Shown: positions 1 through 13,092, numbered from the stretch's first letter. The stretch is DNA of 64,000 nucleotides from Eledone cirrhosa (GCA_964016885.1 OZ024742.1:264182001-264246000); one strand, 5' to 3'. Notes: generated by a model from the letters alone, not told the origin. Translations and numbers: made by a program.

Positions 1-152
1 AGCACTCTGTGAGGAGATGGAGTATTGTTTGTGTTATGTTCTTATTACCAACCTTTAACAATTTCACAGGGATTTCATCTGATCCAGGTGCCTTACCTGT
101 GTTTAACTGGTTTATGGCTATTTTAACCTCATTATAATCTGGTAATCGATCC
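1..152 (-). mobile_element. Non-LTR retrotransposon (LINE, RTE/CR1-like) RT N-terminal fragment, cut by window edge
   Basis: Minus-strand translation DRLPDYNEVKIAINQLNTGKAPGSDEIPVKLLK matches the K(A/S)PGxDxIP motif upstream of LINE RT. Confidence 0.8.
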
Positions 153-374
153 ATTTAAAATTTACATATTGAGGGAAGCCATCTAGCACATCATGATCAA
201 CTAATGATGGATTATCAAATAAATCTTTCATTGGAATTTAGACATCATCAACTAGGTAAATATGTATGCATGTCTATATGTGTGTGTGTGCAGATATGGA
301 TGTTGTTGTATGTTTTAAGTTATATGAGTACACGTGCATATGTTTCTGTAGCTATACATGTATATATGCAGTTG

Positions 375-549
375 CAGGTAAAATTCCGTTATAACGAATA
401 CCATTATAACGAATTTTTAAGTATAATGACTTTTTTTCAATCCCTGGCCACACGCTCGATAGTTAAGTCGATCTCGTTGTAAAGAATTTTTCATTACAAC
501 GAATTTATTTCATACACCGTGAATTTCGTTATAATGGAATTTCATTGTA
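375..549. mobile_element. Tc1/mariner-pogo (Tigger-like) MITE
   Basis: Terminal inverted repeat aaattccgttataacgaa (381-398) / ttcgttataatggaattt (525-542), with internal ttataacgaa subrepeats. Confidence 0.6.
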
Positions 550-1402
550 TTACATGCAGAATTAAAAAAAATACTTTACACAATTTTACAGTTTCAAGGT
601 ACTTGCAACTTCCTAACTAACCGAGTTCTTTCTGGTTCTGTGAAGCCCAGCTTCTCAAGATTTGTACTGAAGCAGTTAGTAACATATCCAAGAGCCCAAT
701 GACACAGGTACAAATCTAAAGGTATAGTCAGGGTGGAGTATCTGCAGATTTCTCATTAGTGTATATGTTAGAAATCAGCTCTCTCTATTGCTAAAAATGT
801 ATAAAATAATGAAAGCAGAAGAATATAGATATTCTATTCCTATATTGTAATGTTTCTCAAAATGGCTTCAACGGAATCCTATGTTGAGATAAAGTGTCTA
901 TTAATATCATCTGATGGATTTAAATTGAATTGGTAGCATTCACCGTATTTTTCACAACAGAAATTATCTAAAATAAATTGACATCAGCATCCCTTTCTCA
1001 TCTGGGAGCCTATGCGCTCTGTTATTAAACAATATTTTCTGTAGCCAAAAATACGGCGGTTTCGCTACTAATTTAATTCAATTTGCATATTCCACCACCC
1101 CCTTCTAAACACGTGATTGTTCAATGGATTTTATTTTTATGAATAAATTCTCTTTTTAAAACAATTTTTTGTTTCATTAATGTAGTAAATGGATTTGGGG
1201 AAATGTCTTTAAATACAGACATGGGTTATATGATCTTTTGTGACAGCATTATGTTTGGGAAGCACTGCCTTAATTAAATATCGTCTCCGGAGTGTGTCGT
1301 CCGCTGAAGGATTTGCGCTCAGAATGTACAGGACCTTAACCAAAAGCATTTACTCCGGCGCGATGATGGTTCTGCCATTCCACTGCCTAAATGAAAGAAA
1401 GG

Positions 1403-1407
<5 letters not shown>

Positions 1408-1444
<37 letters not shown>

Positions 1445-1468
1445 GAGGGAGAGAGAGAGAGAGAGAGA

Positions 1469-1501
<33 letters not shown>

Positions 1502-1512
1502 TGTGTGTGTGT
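1408..1512. repeat. (GA)n/(GT)n microsatellite
   Basis: Direct inspection. It forms a polypyrimidine tract on the minus strand. Confidence 0.95.
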
Positions 1513-2265
1513 CTTGATAGAAAGTGGGTATTTCTAGAGAGAGGGATTATAAATTAAAGGTGAAAGATTGGGAAGAGAATGATATTCAGGCCTCTCCTCT
1601 CTCTCTTTCTCTACCGAGTGAAATTGGGCAGGGCAGATGGAATAAGCAATAAAATGAATACATGCATTACACATTTAAATTCATCTATAATTCTTATTCT
1701 TTATCTCATTCTTTTAAATTCTCAATTCCACACACATGCAGATACTCATATATACACAAGTATGTACAAGTATGTACAAGTATGTATCTGCATGTGTGCA
1801 GATGAAATAATAAAAAAGAGAATTAGAAAGCGAAAGAATAAAAGTGATAGGCAAAGAAAAGATATTCAGAACGGAAGCGTATATATGTAATGTGAGGTGG
1901 AAGAAGAGGTGATGAGAATGAGAAAGAGCATCTTATAGTTGATGTAACGTAGAAAAAAAAAAGGTAGAGAGAGAGAGAGATACAATGACAGAGGAGAATA
2001 TATTATGTATAATGTGGAGGGGATAGATAGAGAAAGAGACGGTGGCTTTTAATATGTATAGTATTGAGAGGAAAGAAAGAAAACGTGAAACGTAGTAAGC
2101 AAGAGTGGAAGGAGAAACATTTCGGATAGTTTCCAAGAGAGGTAATTATTGTAAACGTCACCGTTTGTGGAGTCTCGTGCCTCGTTTTCATTGGCAAGGT
2201 CACACGTGCAAAGGTCAGCTGGTGTAGCAGAATGCTGGAGGTGGGGAAAACGAGACCGCCTCAAT

Positions 2266-2301
<36 letters not shown>

Positions 2302-2597
2302 TATTATTATTATTATTATTGTTATTTTGCTATTATTATTAATACTACTAATTATTATTGATGTTGTATAGTGTGTGGTTGTAATATATGGTTATTGTTA
2401 TTTATATACATATATATATTTTTTATGTTTGTTTGGGATCAATATCGTATCACACGACATGGTCACTTGACAAAACAAAACATATGCAATACTGTCCTTG
2501 TTTATCTAAATGACTGCTGCCGTTCTCCCATCTAATGTTATGATATATATATACGATATTAATAAATGGAAACTATATTTATAAAACCATATTTATT

Positions 2598-2655
2598 TCA
2601 TTATACATATTTCAGGGATACCAAATTAAATTATGGTATGCCTTCATCAGACAAT
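2598..2655 (-). ncRNA. Candidate minimal hammerhead ribozyme (Penelope-like element terminus)
   Basis: Minus strand attgt CTGATGA aggcatacca-taatttaatt-tggtatccct GAAA tatgtata atg. Intact core and 10-bp stem II (1 mismatch), weak stem I, AATAAA just downstream. Confidence 0.6.
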
Positions 2656-2879
2656 ATACAATATATAACAGTTTTACAAATAAGCTTTGACGTACCCTTT
2701 TAAAATGCGACCATTATTTTTGGAAGCCATCTGGATAGTGAATTGTTTATATTATTTTAATAAGTCTTAGTGTTAAGGACAATTAGAAAAAGACGGAGAG
2801 AAAGAAAAAAGACGGAGAGAGAGAAAAAAGAAAAAAAAAAAACTTTGAGAAATATCGGAGAGAGAGAAATGCATGGAGG

Positions 2880-2980
<101 letters not shown>

Positions 2981-3048
2981 GATATTAAATAAAAAACATT
3001 TATATTTATATTTGTCGGATTTCCAACAAATTAAATACCCCTTCTACT

Positions 3049-3121
<73 letters not shown>

Positions 3122-3693
3122 TATATATACACGGCTATAAACACGTTGACGCAAACTGCCAAACACTCAGGGTTACATAACACATACGTAATTACATCCC
3201 AGGAGAAAATGCTTCTCTCCGATCTTGACAGCTTTCCTTTAAAAGACATCTGTCAAACACTGACATGCTGTCAAAGAATAACCCCCCCTCCGCCGTCTTA
3301 CATACACACAGTTGGTTGGCCTCACGCACAGACCGGTGCTTCATAAAGCACTAATAAACCACGCGCGCACATATACATGCATACACACACATACATGTGT
3401 GCGTGTGTATACACAAATATGCACTTCTCACTAAATAGGTATGCATGTTTATATATTTATATAGCGATATCAGTAAATAGCCGAAATACCACTACCACTA
3501 CCTTCATCACCATCACCATCACCACCACCACCGTTATCAAATCATTTCATATTAATGTGGCATGAAATAGAAACCAATTCTAGTTTGTAAACACTTGTAT
3601 TCTCTGGATCTCTCGTGCTGCAAGTGATCCAGGATATATGAAGAAATGGTACTAGTAGCAGTAGTGGTAGTAGTAGTTGCAGGAGCGGCGGTG

Positions 3694-3725
<32 letters not shown>

Positions 3726-4010
3726 GATGTGATGTGATAGTTGTCAAGGTTGGTTGATTACCTGGCTATATTGATGTCAGCCGACGGTTTTTTGTTTGTT
3801 TTTTAAATCGTAGATATCCAAGATTGTAATGGTTCTGATAAGAGCTGCAAACAATGAAGATTTAGCCGATGCCTTAACTTGCTATGGTATTAATAACTGC
3901 TCACATTATTATTATTATACACCACCACCACCACCACCCCGGACAGATGAAAGATGGTTGACTAATGAAGGATTTGAACACATGTATGTGTGTGTATGCA
4001 TGTATATGAG

Positions 4011-4205
4011 GGCTGTGGATTGGCAGTATCGGTAGAGTGTCGGACACCATGCTTTCCAGCATAGTTACGTCCCTTTACGATCTGAGTTCAAATCCCGCCG
4101 AGGTTGACTTTGCCTTTCATCCTTACGGGGTCGATAAAATAAAATACCAGTAATACACTGGGTAATTGCTGGCCTTGTGCCTAAAGTAGAAACAATTATT
4201 ATTAT
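4011..4205 (+). mobile_element. tRNA-derived SINE (main family of this window)
   Basis: A-box-like TGGCAGTATCGG, B-box GAGTTCAAATCC, conserved core gcctttcatccttacggggtcgataaaat, (ATT)n tail. Closely similar copies at 15988-16172(-), 16891-17072(+), 26063-26252(-), 26490-26679(-), 29248-29432(-), 34870-34985(+, truncated), 45876-46062(-), 49478-49669(+), 60474-60662(+). Confidence 0.9.
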
Positions 4206-5194
4206 TATACGATCTGAGTTCAAATTTCGCTGAGGCTGATTTTTTCATTTCATCAGAGGGCGATATAAAATTAAATTATTAGTGGAGTAATTGAGGACCA
4301 CCTCCTCCTCTACCCTCAGCACCACCATCACTCACATATACACAAAAAAAACAAAACAAAAAAACATTCTGACATTATGAATAATGAAATCCTCATCATT
4401 GTTTTTCTGAGTTCAAATCCTTCATTAGTCAACCATCTTTCATCTGTCCGGGGTGGTGGTGGTGGTGGTGTGTGGGTGTGTGTGTGGGGGGATTTGAGCT
4501 GGCGTTTTTTTTTCAACTATATATTTGAAATTATTTAGCAATATACACGGTAATAAGGAAGCAGAAAAAAAAGAAAGAAAGGAAAAAAAAAGAACAAGAG
4601 GAAGAAAAAAGAATTAAGCAATGAAAGAAAGGATGAGAAGGGTTTCAGCTGCATACCGTGGACAAAATGGCAAAGGTATTGCCGCGGAGAATAGTCAGAG
4701 ACACCCACTGCAACAACTACCCCACCTCACAGGGATCCTTCTTCTGGTAGACTGCTGCCTTCAGATTTTACGAATGAAATCAGCTGTGCGGTGACCGAGG
4801 ACACACGAGGTTTCGACGGCGACCGTGTATTGAGATTGATTCAACCCTTCCCTAAAAAATTGTCGACATTGACTTACACCCTTCAAGGATGAATAACATT
4901 TAGAACCAATCAAGTTCTGGGATCGATATAATGGACTGACTATGCGCTCTCCTTATATGCATGCTCCCATGACTATGTTACAAATCAAGAAGCTGATAGG
5001 AGCTGTGGAGACAAACAGTGGAGGGCCGAGTTAACTTATCTTAAAATGTTTAGTTTCGGCGATCATCATTAAGTGCTCAACTCTCATTTAAAATCGACGT
5101 GATTCGCAGCTTATAAAGTAGATACAATGCTATTAATATAAATCGTATGTGTGTATATAAATCTTCTGTAAATATAAATATATACATTAATCGT

Positions 5195-5420
5195 TACCGG
5201 TCGCCGTCGAGAACTCAGGTGTACTCTGATCCCGTACTGCTGAGCTCCTCCGCATGTCAAGTGGCTGTTGCAGCGAGTGTTGCTGGCCATTTACCGCAGA
5301 AATGCTTTTGCGGCTTTGTCTGTCGGGCGCAGCTCCCAAACCGCTGCGTCCTAGGCTCAGAGCCCATCCGCCCTCCCATTCTTCTGTGGCCCTAGAGCTC
5401 TTGCTTTTCCGTTTTTAAAT
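5195..5420 (+). mobile_element. CRE-clade non-LTR 3' fragment (degraded)
   Basis: Alignable to 9836-10115; encodes WLLQRVLLAIYRRNAF, similar to the CRE QRxSxAIxRGNA motif. Confidence 0.7.
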
Positions 5421-6159
5421 ATTTGTAATGTTTTTCTAATTATTCTATCAGCTATCCCCCTTTCCTGTCCATTTATGACCTTATTGTGCCAATGGAAGAG
5501 TTTTTGAGCTAAAAAACTGCCGTTGATAACTTTGCTTTTCATCATTCTGACGCCGATAAAATTGCGTACCAGTGAGGTAACGAAGTCGTTATAATCCACT
5601 GTTACTACACCACTCAAATCTGTGGCTTTGTGCATATGTAAGAAATCGTTGCTGTTGTTGTTGTAGAGTCACGAAACGGAGGATTTGCCATTCAGTATTT
5701 AGATTCGTGCCTGTCTATGCTATTCGTTCAAATAACATCGATGCTCAATAAACCCTTCGTTTGTCTGAATAATTTTGATGATGTTATAATGTAACATGTA
5801 CATAATAACATACACGAATCAAGGATAGCATCTCAATAAAGTCATCCCTGCTTATTCCACCACTAACACCACATAATCATCATCATCATCATCATCAATC
5901 TCCCCTATATTGGCCGATATAGCATTTTTTGAAATGTTAAAAGAGCAATCCTATTATCAAAGACATTCCAACCGTGACCGTCTTTTAAAAGAGTAACTAG
6001 AATTACGTTATTCAATGTGTTTTTTATTTAAGGGTAATTCAAGGGATATTTAAATACTTTTTTTAGCAGTTTTGACAACCATTTAGAAGATTCCTTCATT
6101 GGCAGACGATATTGTGAGGTGGTGGTGAGCATGTTCTTTATTAATTTAGAACCACTACC

Positions 6160-6790
6160 AACAATTAAGGAGCTTCTACACGGTTGATTAGCTTGTTAGA
6201 AATAGCAGTCAAATCTGCTAAACTACACTCTAGAAATGGAATGTTGTCGTTGTACAAAGTGGTCCTGTGTTCCCTACACTAAAGGAAAATAAGACGCAAT
6301 GGCCATGGCTGGATGACTTTGATAATAGGTCTGCTCAATAAAGGCTGACCCAGGGCAAAACTGCCACAACAGCCAGAAGAACATTCTTCCAGCTAGCATC
6401 ACAACAAACCACGGCGTAAACACCACCCTTAGTACTGCCTCTACCACCACCACCGCCTCTATTACTACCACAAACACTACCATTACTACTAACACCTGTA
6501 CTATTAACAAGACTGCTACCAATATCACCAACACTGCAATCGATTCCACTCCTACAACAACGGGAGACTGCCTCTACATGGTCGTTTGAAACCTGCTAGA
6601 AATAGCAACACGTACTCCTGAAACCACACGTACCCCTGTTGCCACAAACCTGAAAGAAAAAGAGAACGATCACATTGGGTAATATTGTCCAAGATACACT
6701 GTCTGAAAAAACAAATCACAAGGCAAGATGACTGTTTGGAATGCATTTGATCATAAATCACCTCGATCACTGTTGATCTTGAACTAAACA
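6160..6790 (+). repeat. Two copies of an unclassified interspersed repeat (ttagaaatagcagccaaat...ttgatcataggtctgctc...)
   Basis: Same motif order recurs at about 48340-48545, 52790-52980 and 54210-54290, and inverted near 5940-6110 and 33370-33540. Confidence 0.55.
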
Positions 6791-7518
6791 ATAACAATAA
6801 CAATTAACTCTGTCACAACCATTGACGCACATCACTGCCACTACTACCACCACAGCTACCACCATAGCTACCACAACCACCACCACCACCATCAACAACT
6901 ATAAATGCATTCTAACAATCAAATATACTCCCCCGCGCCTAGGACACGCACCCGTTTTGTTATTTTTCTATATTACTTCTTATTTCTATTCATCTTGGAG
7001 AGGTGGGATGGGGTTTGAGGGGCTGAGGAGCAATTATACGAACTGTGAGAAACTGTTGAAGGTGATAATAATGTATTTTATTGGTTGTACGTTACTGTAG
7101 ACACAAACACACACACACACTCACACACACATACACTCACACACACGCACAAGCGTACATACATACATACATACATACATCTATAGATAGATACATATAT
7201 GCATACACACGCATGCATGTGTGTATGTGTGTGTGTGAGTTTGTTTGTGTGTGTGCGAAATATCTACTGCGGTTGTTGCAGTAATTTGATGTGTCTCATC
7301 TATTGGTTCTATCTTCACCAGCAACCATGTGTATCACGTTCTATGGATACCTCCATCAGGTAGGTAGGCAAAATTCAATCAGATTTCTAAAGTCTAATGT
7401 CGCAATGAATCTCTCTCTCTATCTCTATCTCTCACCCTCTCTCCCACTTCTCTCTCTTTCTCTCACGCTATAGGGGTACGCACACACATATGATGCACAT
7501 TCGCACACCCCCGCACAA

Positions 7519-7565
<47 letters not shown>

Positions 7566-7615
7566 TACACACACACACACACAATGTAGGTTTACATATA
7601 AATACATACATACAA

Positions 7616-7655
<40 letters not shown>

Positions 7656-7660
7656 AAATA

Positions 7661-7691
<31 letters not shown>

Positions 7692-7732
7692 AAATATATA
7701 TGTGCGTGTATGTGTATGTATATATGTGTGTT

Positions 7733-7796
<64 letters not shown>

Positions 7797-8087
7797 TGTT
7801 ATCTAGAAAGTTCCTACGCACAGTGATCACAATAAGCGGGTTCTACTGTATACATTTATATATAATAAATATATACCCACCATTTGATTTCTACACCCGT
7901 AGCTGACGACGACGACGACGCCAAATTGGCTCGTACGTACGTGTTTATTTTACGGCAGTTTTATGGTGGTGTGTATATGTATATATGTGTATACATACAC
8001 ACGCGTTTTCTTTTTGCACTTGATTTTTCCAGTGATTTTCAATGATGACTGAAATACATTCACACATCCTTGTCCGTGTATGTGCGC

Positions 8088-8121
<34 letters not shown>

Positions 8122-8552
8122 GTATGTATGTATGTATGTATGTATGTATGTATGTATGTATGTATAAATGCGTGTGCGTGTAAACATTCTGCTTTAAATA
8201 TGAAAGAGCATTGAATCTTATTGAAGTGATGACGTAGGTTCGAAACACGTCAACAGTTGGATTGTTTTGGTGCAGCCCACCCGACCCCCACCACTTTCAG
8301 TCGTTCAATATAAAGAACCTGAAAATAGAAGGTAACATATGATTGTAAGGTTTGTGTAGAGACATCGAGAGAGAGAGAGGAGAGAGGGAGAGAGAGAGAG
8401 AGGGGGGAGAGGGAGAGAGAGAGATTACTTGATTATAAGAAAGTGTGAAAAGTGACAGATGTGTCTGCATGTATCATTCTGATATACATATATGCATATA
8501 TACATATAAACATATATATATGTGTGTGTTGTGTGTGTGTGTTGTGTATGTA

Positions 8553-8611
<59 letters not shown>

Positions 8612-9142
8612 ATAACAGATCTCTCGTTCTCACTCTCTCTTGCTCTCTCCCCCTCTCTCTCTTTCTCTTGCTCACTCTCCCTCCTTCTCTCTCTTTCTCT
8701 CTGCCTCACTCTCGCACCTTTCCTGAAATGCTGATGTGTCTTGTTTTCCTTCGTTCATCAAAAGCCCGTGTCACATCATCAGCAAAAACACAGCCTCTGA
8801 CGACCATACTCATACACGAACAAACATACACCAACACCCATCACATCCACGCTGTGCATGTGACAATAACAACTTGACTGGGCTACCAATTACTATCATC
8901 ACTTGTTCGTATTACGAAAACCATCATCATCATCATCGTCATCAATAGGAGCAGTGGAAGCAGCATCAGCAGCAGATCTATTCTTCAAGTTTCATTCACT
9001 CTGCAGTTGCGATCTTGAAATTTATGCAACTAGATTTATTGCTTTGTCTCTGACCATCCCTCTTATTCTTCTCCTGTGTCACTTTATTTGTCTGTCATTT
9101 CACCTATCTTCTTATACGTCTGTATCTATCTATTTATCTATC

Positions 9143-9520
9143 TACTCTCGGGTCTCAAATAATAGAGGAAGGGCGATTGGAATTATCAGGGGGTTGGACA
9201 TTTGCTTAAATTCTTATAAGTGGTGGTGGTGGGGGAAACAAACTAAGGGCGGGGAATAAACGTGTGCATGTGTGTGTGTGGGGGTGGTGGGGTTATTTGT
9301 TTAGAGTACGTTCGTAAATATGAGATTTCTTGTAATGTTCTTTTTTTTTTGTCATTTTTGATGTAAAATAAAATAATTATTAGATTCTCCAACTGCTGTA
9401 TCAATATGAATCACAATAACATTTCGCCGGAAATTTAATAAGCCTGAGGGTTGGGGTTAGAAAAAATCTGAAAAATTAATAAGCCAGGGAGCGAGGACAA
9501 GCATTCAAGACCTGAGAGTA
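9143..9520. mobile_element. TA-flanked MITE (Tc1/mariner-type)
   Basis: Termini tactctcgggtctcaaata and cattcaagacctgagagta are imperfect inverted repeats bounded by TA. Confidence 0.65.
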
Positions 9521-9744
9521 CCTACTTACCTATTTGTCTGTTTTTTGTCTGCTTGTCTGCCTGTCTTTCTACTTAGATATCTGTCGACCTGCCTGTTTCC
9601 TCACCTTGAAATTCAGCTGATCTCAACTTTCCTCCTCCCTTCTTCTTCTTCTTCTTCTTCTTCTTCTTCTTCTTCTTCTTCTTCTTCTTCTTCTTTTTCT
9701 TCTTTTTCTTCTTCTTCTTCTATAATTCCATTTATATATAAATA

Positions 9745-10120
9745 CCAGGGGCCACAAACCCCGTTATTGCGGCCCGAAATGCAGAGGAAAGGAAGACAAA
9801 CAAATACCGGGGATTGTCCGACCGTTTCCTCTTCGCACCGGTCGCCGAGGAGACCTCAGGCGTACTTGGACCCCGTACTGCCGCAAGATCGGAACGTCAG
9901 CAGCCCGTCTGGGGAAGGAACCCCGCCAGGTGGGATGGCTGTTGCAGCGGGTGTCGCTGGCCATTGTCCGCGGAAATGCTTTTGTGGTCTTGTCCGCGGG
10001 GCGCAGTCCCAACACCGCCACGCCCTAGGCCTAGAGCCCATCAACCTCCCTCTTCCCTTTCCCATTCTTCTGTGATCCTAGAGCCCTTACCCTTCCTATC
10101 ATTTCCCGTTTATTAAATAT
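9745..10120 (+). mobile_element. CRE-clade non-LTR retrotransposon 3' end (restriction-like endonuclease)
   Basis: GC-rich island translating (with frameshift) AEERKTNKYRGLSDRFLFAPVAEETSGVLG...EPRQVGWLLQRVSLAIVRGNAF. Confidence 0.85.
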
Positions 10121-10523
10121 CTGTAGTATTGTTGTTATTGGAAATAGTTTTGTTAACGATTTTTTTTATTTTTTTTATTAATAAAACATATTTCAGAACG
10201 TGAGTGGAACTGAATTGCCCCCAACCACGACCACCACTTCACCAAATTTGAAGTCTGCTCCATAGTATATTAGAATTAAAGTAGTGACTATATATCTGTA
10301 TGTCTGTCAGTGTTTTATTCTATCTGCCCGTTTCTTCACAAGTCTATATATCTTAGAGACGGAAAAAAGTGTACAAATACGTCTCCAAAGGCGCTTCTGT
10401 CCACCTTTATTGTTTCATAATGTATTTTACCCGATTCGCTTAGCTATTTTATTTTTATAGCGTTCGATTATTATTTACAGTTATTTTCTGCTTTCGGGTT
10501 CCACATATTTTCATATTGCACAA

Positions 10524-10572
10524 ATAAAATGAATTATTGAAGCGCTGGGAGCGCTTCAATAATTCATTTTAT
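10524..10572. repeat. Perfect 23-bp hairpin with 3-nt loop
   Basis: ataaaatgaattattgaagcgct-ggg-agcgcttcaataattcattttat. Confidence 0.95.
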
Positions 10573-10638
10573 ATAAATACCCTAGAAACGCCGCATATCA
10601 ATGCGACCCCCTGCGACTCTTGCAGGCGATCGGGAAAG

Positions 10639-10686
<48 letters not shown>

Positions 10687-10758
10687 ACGGCGATGAATTA
10701 GTTTTGCGAGGTTTTTGATATGAAATCGTGTGTCGAAACAAATATTGTTATACTTGGG

Positions 10759-11075
10759 GAGGGTCATATTTGTGTAATAATATTGCCAGAATTAATAACA
10801 GAACACACTCACTGTTTGGTTGGTTTTCACTTTTGTGTCTTTTATATCGGTTAATTTAATTTATTCGGTCCTCAATGTTACCATTGATTGACCAACGGTT
10901 AGACTATAATATATGTGTTTGTGTCTATATTGTGTCCGTTGGTCAGTCAATGGTAACATTGAGGACCGAATAAATTAAATTAACCGATATAAAAGACACA
11001 GAAGCGAAAACCAACCAAACAGTGAGTGTGTTCTTTTATTAATTCTGGCAATATTATTACACAAATATGACCCTC
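10759..11075. repeat. Long inverted repeat (about 140-bp arms, 37-nt spacer), probably a fold-back retroelement end
   Basis: 10759-10898 is the reverse complement of 10936-11075 with few mismatches; lies between (CA)n/(TA)n tracts. Confidence 0.9.
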
Positions 11076-11107
11076 ATGTAGATCTATATTGGAAAACTCC
11101 AATATTA

Positions 11108-11158
<51 letters not shown>

Positions 11159-11185
11159 TATATACACACACACACACACATATAT

Positions 11186-11258
<73 letters not shown>

Positions 11259-11259
<1 letters not shown>

Positions 11260-13092
11260 TAGTGGCCTCCTGGCCTTTGCCCCGGTCTGTACTGTGCTCA
11301 AATCTATTTATAAGGCACCTATTAGCATCTATCGTAATGCCAAGTTTCCTTGAAATAAAATGTTAAAAGGTATTTAAATATTGCATAACATAATTTTAAA
11401 ATTTATTTAGCATATCTAAATACAGAAAGTAATAAAGAAAATAATAGAAAAATTTATTCTACGAATATTATAAAACATTTATAGAGCTTCAGTATATACA
11501 ACGTTTGTAACTTTTTTCTTTGGAGCATATGTGAAGAGTTTGTGGGGGCTTCCTACTCTGGAACAACCTACATACAATTAACCATCTGAGAAACAGCCCT
11601 CTTCTAGACGGAAACCAAAACCTGTAGGGTTTGACCTAGGACTTGTTAATGGTCATTGCGTAATTGACACTCACTGGGAATTACAATTGTTTGAAACGAA
11701 TTCATCTTTTGGTATTAGCAGTATTCTAGGTATACATACGATATCTCCCTCCTATCACATCCAATGAAGAGTTTGGATTCGATAATGTGAGGCTGTAGTT
11801 CAGTCACAGCCATATGTGTCCCATTGCACAATTGTGGCTGATCCAGGTTTCTGTGCCCTTATTCAATTCAAGGTTGTGTGGCAGCATACCTGACAGTTCC
11901 AGACTGTTGAAAAATTGTGATTTCTTTTTTTTTTTGTGGCGGCGGTGGGGGGGGGGGGGGGTGCTCATTCGCACGGCCACTCCTCTTGGAATGGTGGATT
12001 TCGAAATTGGGGAACACTTGAATAATTAAGTTTACAACGCCTTCCACAACAGTAAAAAATGATGAAGGATCAAAACATCTTTCAGTTTCAATGAATTGCT
12101 TTTCTATAAATGTAAACGGCTGAGAGGTGTTTATCTGTAACTCAGGTGGTGCCCCTCATTCCCTGTCCCTGTTTTCGGAAAAAGGAGTCGGTTGTCAGAT
12201 CAGTCGAAAACAAACGAAAAACATAGAAAAGAAAAAATCCCACCGAAGAAATCTTCGAGGCTGGGAAAATCGGAGAGTCAAGCCCTCGTCCCCATTTACT
12301 GGTAGTATATCAGACGTGTTAGAAGTTGGACACCTCGTCTGGCATATTTCAATTTTGTAGTGCAAACATGGCAGCATCGGAAGCATTGTTGACATATTTA
12401 CACACATACTCTATATGCCACTCCCCCGTTCCATTTTTTGTTTTTTTTGGGGGGGAAAAGGCAATTGCGAGCATGTTGGAGGTCAGATTAGTTGAAAACC
12501 TAGGAAAAACATTTCTCTTCGCGATCCCCAGTGGATCTTTAAAAGACTGAGAGGTGTATATCTGTAACTCCAAGAATCCACCGCCTCCTCGCCCCCGTTT
12601 TCGGAAAAAAGAGTCGTTGATGAGTGGGCCAGCAGAACAACAACAATAATCACCTGTCATTATAGTGATATACTTTTTTTAAAAGTCTGTTGCATTGTTG
12701 AACATACAGAAACACACACATACACAGAAATACAGAAACACACACTCGAAAAGAAATACACACACGCACAGAAATACACACATTACATTTTAGTAAGTTA
12801 GAGAAAGGGGGGAGGTGGAGTGAGTGAGAGTTAGAGTAGTATTTCCCTCTCTATATATATTATTAACTAGCATGACGGACGAACAGACAGTACCTGTGTG
12901 CTAGAAAGAGCAGTATATTCTCCCTCAACTCACCCACCATTCCATTTTCGGAAAAAAAAGTCGACAGCGAGCTTGATAGAAGTCAGATTAGTTGAAAACA
13001 CAAGAAAACCCATAATTATTATCACTTTTGTTTAGTGTGATTTACGGTCAACGCACAAACAAATAAATTTCCTTTTTATAAGTTATTATAGA
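11259..13092 (-). mobile_element. Helitron relic (3' hairpin + CTAG end, Pif1 helicase remnant, TC 5' end)
   Basis: Minus-strand 3' end ccggggcaaaggccagg...CTAG|T at 11259; A|TCTATAATAACTTATAAAAAGG 5'-type end at 13092; internal subrepeats ttttcggaaaaa-gagtcg and gtcagattagttgaaaac. Possibly two elements, since there is a second CTAG at 12867. Confidence 0.75.
11520..12050 (-). pseudogene. Helitron Pif1-family helicase C-terminal pseudogene
   Basis: Frameshifted translation FFNSLELSGMLPHNL..RNLDQPQLCNGT..IPRILLIP..FPVSVNYAMTINKS*GQTL..CFSDG*LYVGCSRVG. Confidence 0.9.

Noticed and set aside
4011-4100. tRNA gene-like A/B boxes in many places
   Set aside because: These are SINE heads; no cloverleaf or poly-T terminator, so they are not tRNA genes.
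8220-8258. gTGATGA-cgtaggttc-GAAACACGTC
   Set aside because: C3 is missing and stems I and II are unconvincing. At best a very decayed relic.
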